From sequence record SRR22947725_415: a DNA stretch of 39,521 nt, one strand, 5' to 3'. The position numbers and the translations under genes were made by a program. The notes below the pieces were generated by a model. The model did not search any database. It was not told where the DNA came from and saw only the letters and a list, made by a program, of their open reading frames with translations. Below, piece by piece: positions 37,509-39,521 of this stretch; positions within the stretch are counted from its first letter, which is position 1; each line of letters opens with the position of its first letter.

Positions 37509-39362
37509 TTAAAGGTTAAATTTAAATTCACTAGAGTTGATTAGGGCCCAAAGAACTTCGTCAAGACCGGCTTCTGCGCCGATTCGTTCAACATGAGCAG
37601 CCATTAGCGATAGTTCTGAATCTGATGGCTTTCGTGTGAGGACGGCTTGATAAATAATGGTTATTTTCGTGGCTACATCTACTGCCTTTTCAATGTCTTT
37701 ATAAAAAGCCAGGCGAGATAGCTTTAGAGTCTTGTAGTCATTCATTAACCGCAATGCCTGAGGAATAGTCGCATCGCGCAGAGAATCATCGATGATTTCA
37801 CGACTGGAGGAACCATACGTATGCAGGAAGGTACCTTCACGGCTCGGACTTTTCGTTTCCGAAGCTCTCAATGAAGTTTTACCATCGTACACGGTTGCTG
37901 CCTGCGGGTGATCTTTATGAAAAACAGGTATTAAATATTTCTCATTACTTTTCATGTACTTCATTGAAAATTCGCGTCTCTCTTTAACATCGCGCTTCGA
38001 CAACTCGTTGAAAATGTAGGTATGCAAATTGACATCAGCAGGCTTAAGTTTCTTATCGATCCCGAAAGACTTTAAGCTCCCCAAAGAATCATGGATTTTT
38101 TCTGACTTTAAGCGCTGACTGGTTGGCCCTGTAAAAAGGTGGTTTTTACCAGAGGCTTCAATAGTCCCGACTCTTTGGTAAAGTTTAGTCATGACGATGG
38201 TCTTCATGAATTTTTTCTGATCGTACTTTATCTCTTTCATGTAGTCAATCAGGTACTGGGTCAATTCAGGAACGGCTCCCATATCGCTCGATTTCATATC
38301 GAGTAGTTTACCGGCAATTGGATAACCCATAATGCGGTTCCAAAGGCGGTTGATAATTGTTTTAGTAAACATCGGATTAGACGGCGAGGTCATCCAATCG
38401 GCTAATGCTTTACGGGAATTAACGTCCTTCAGAGATGACTTCTTATGAGCTTTACCAATGGTGAAATCATATGTTGGGGCCCCGTTTGAAGATTCATAGT
38501 TGATGTGAACGTCATCACCATAAGGAACTCCAGCTTCGATCAACTGATTGGGCTCGGCATCGTCATAATCATAATCACTTGGCAGCTTAATCTTACCTAC
38601 ACCTGAATTGTAGATACCATCGTACAAATGAGTCTGATACTTTATATTGGCTTTATCTCTGTCGACACCAATACTTTTTGCATAGGCTTTTACTTCTTTA
38701 GCGGCTTCTTTACTTAACTCTTGAGTCGGATAGTAAATACCATTGTTAAAAGCCGCCAGCTTATAGAAATCCATCTGCGTCCACTTTTTGTACGGGTGGT
38801 CGTGACACTGAGCACAGACCATGCTGGTGGAAAGGAAAAGCTGCATAGTGTTTGAAAGGCTGTCGAGAGGCATTCTTTGGTCCCGCATATAGTAGCCGAT
38901 TGGACCATTGCCTTCCTTTAAAGCCTGACCATTGGCATTGATCAACTCGTGAACAAATTTGTCGTACGGCTTGTTCTCATGAACACTTTTCTTGATGAAG
39001 TGCAGATAGTTGCGACCAGAAACGTGCTTCATGTGGCCGCGGGCCCGCAAAGCATCGAGCCAATAATTATAATGATTACTGGTGTAACCGTCAGACTCAA
39101 AAAGCTTATCGATCAGCTTTTGGCGATCTCTGCTTTTCATGAAAGCCTGATACTCTCGATAAGTCGGAATACGGCCTATAACATCGAGATATACTCTTCG
39201 CAAGAATTGTTCATCTGTTGATGACTTATTAGCTTCGACATTTTCTTTCGCTAAAGCGTCATTGATAAAAGAATCAATTTTATTGGCGGCGCTCTCTATA
39301 TCAGCTGCAGAAACTGATATGCCTAAAGTCAACAATAATAGTAATAATGCATGCAATTTCAT
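37509..39362 (-). CDS. DUF1549/DUF1553 (PSD1-type) protein
   Basis: D.QFLRRVYLD.IGRIPT, WLD.LR, NKPYDKFV..LI, CAQCHDHP, R.ALADW.T...NP.F....NRLW, WAL.NS.EF. Confidence 0.95.
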   Translation of the reverse strand: MKLHALLLLLLTLGISVSAADIESAANKIDSFINDALAKENVEANKSSTDEQFLRRVYLDVIGRIPTYREYQAFMKSRDRQKLIDKLFESDGYTSNHYNYWLDALRARGHMKHVSGRNYLHFIKKSVHENKPYDKFVHELINANGQALKEGNGPIGYYMRDQRMPLDSLSNTMQLFLSTSMVCAQCHDHPYKKWTQMDFYKLAAFNNGIYYPTQELSKEAAKEVKAYAKSIGVDRDKANIKYQTHLYDGIYNSGVGKIKLPSDYDYDDAEPNQLIEAGVPYGDDVHINYESSNGAPTYDFTIGKAHKKSSLKDVNSRKALADWMTSPSNPMFTKTIINRLWNRIMGYPIAGKLLDMKSSDMGAVPELTQYLIDYMKEIKYDQKKFMKTIVMTKLYQRVGTIEASGKNHLFTGPTSQRLKSEKIHDSLGSLKSFGIDKKLKPADVNLHTYIFNELSKRDVKERREFSMKYMKSNEKYLIPVFHKDHPQAATVYDGKTSLRASETKSPSREGTFLHTYGSSSREIIDDSLRDATIPQALRLMNDYKTLKLSRLAFYKDIEKAVDVATKITIIYQAVLTRKPSDSELSLMAAHVERIGAEAGLDEVLWALINSSEFKFNL

Positions 39363-39489
39363 CTCATTTCCTTCTTATTTTTTCACAGTCACATTTGACC
39401 TCAATAACAGGACGACTTAAAAAACCTTAACAGAAAAAAAATAAAATTGCAAAATTTTATTATTACCGAAGAGTCAATCTCATCTGCAC

Positions 39490-39521
39490 AAAAAAAAGCC
39501 CCGCTCAAAAATGAACGGGGC
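39490..39521 (-). terminator. Intrinsic terminator of an upstream gene outside the window
   Basis: GCCCCG...CGGGGC hairpin preceded by an A-tract (T-tract on the minus strand). Confidence 0.7.

Noticed and set aside
38805-38819. CAQCH as evidence for a new cytochrome c
   Set aside because: It is a standard conserved motif of DUF1549 proteins.
1614-39221. The many short overlapping or antisense ORFs in the track (e.g. 2365-2757, 3569-3892, 18847-19194, 36080-36364)
   Set aside because: They are shadows of well-supported genes, with no RBS or recognisable motifs.

Overview
A low-GC, gene-dense chromosomal window. Its gene content (DUF1501/DUF1549 pair, sulfatase, ECF sigma/FecR pair, PQQ-propeller and ThuA proteins, MoxR-DUF58-vWA operon) points to a PVC-superphylum bacterium, probably Lentisphaera-like (inference). 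No rRNA, tRNA, CRISPR array or mobile element was seen. In order, it contains: a partial SCO gene; a TrpF-like gene lacking the catalytic Cys; a repeat lipoprotein; a 14-kb ECF sigma/anti-sigma/MoxR/DUF58/vWA/vWA/giant coiled-coil/prenyltransferase-repeat operon; an orphan FHA-GAF histidine kinase divergent from a PEP-CTERM-like gene and a GspE/PilB ATPase; cinA; several hydrolases and oxidoreductases; an rtcB2-prfH ribosome-repair operon; a sulfatase; and the DUF1549/DUF1501 pair. Three findings stand out. (1) A hidden secreted thioredoxin-fold selenoprotein (33576-32620, minus) that the ORF track truncates; it has an in-frame TGA in a U-G-P-C motif and a SECIS hairpin in the same register as E. 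coli fdhF. (2) A leader upstream of rtcB2-prfH built like a stop-codon-readthrough sensor: an 11-codon uORF, TAA, an 18-codon in-frame extension, then TAG abutting an anti-Shine-Dalgarno stem. (3) A complete response-regulator receiver domain inserted inside the zinc-binding Cys4 motif of the GspE/PilB ATPase, next to an orphan kinase.
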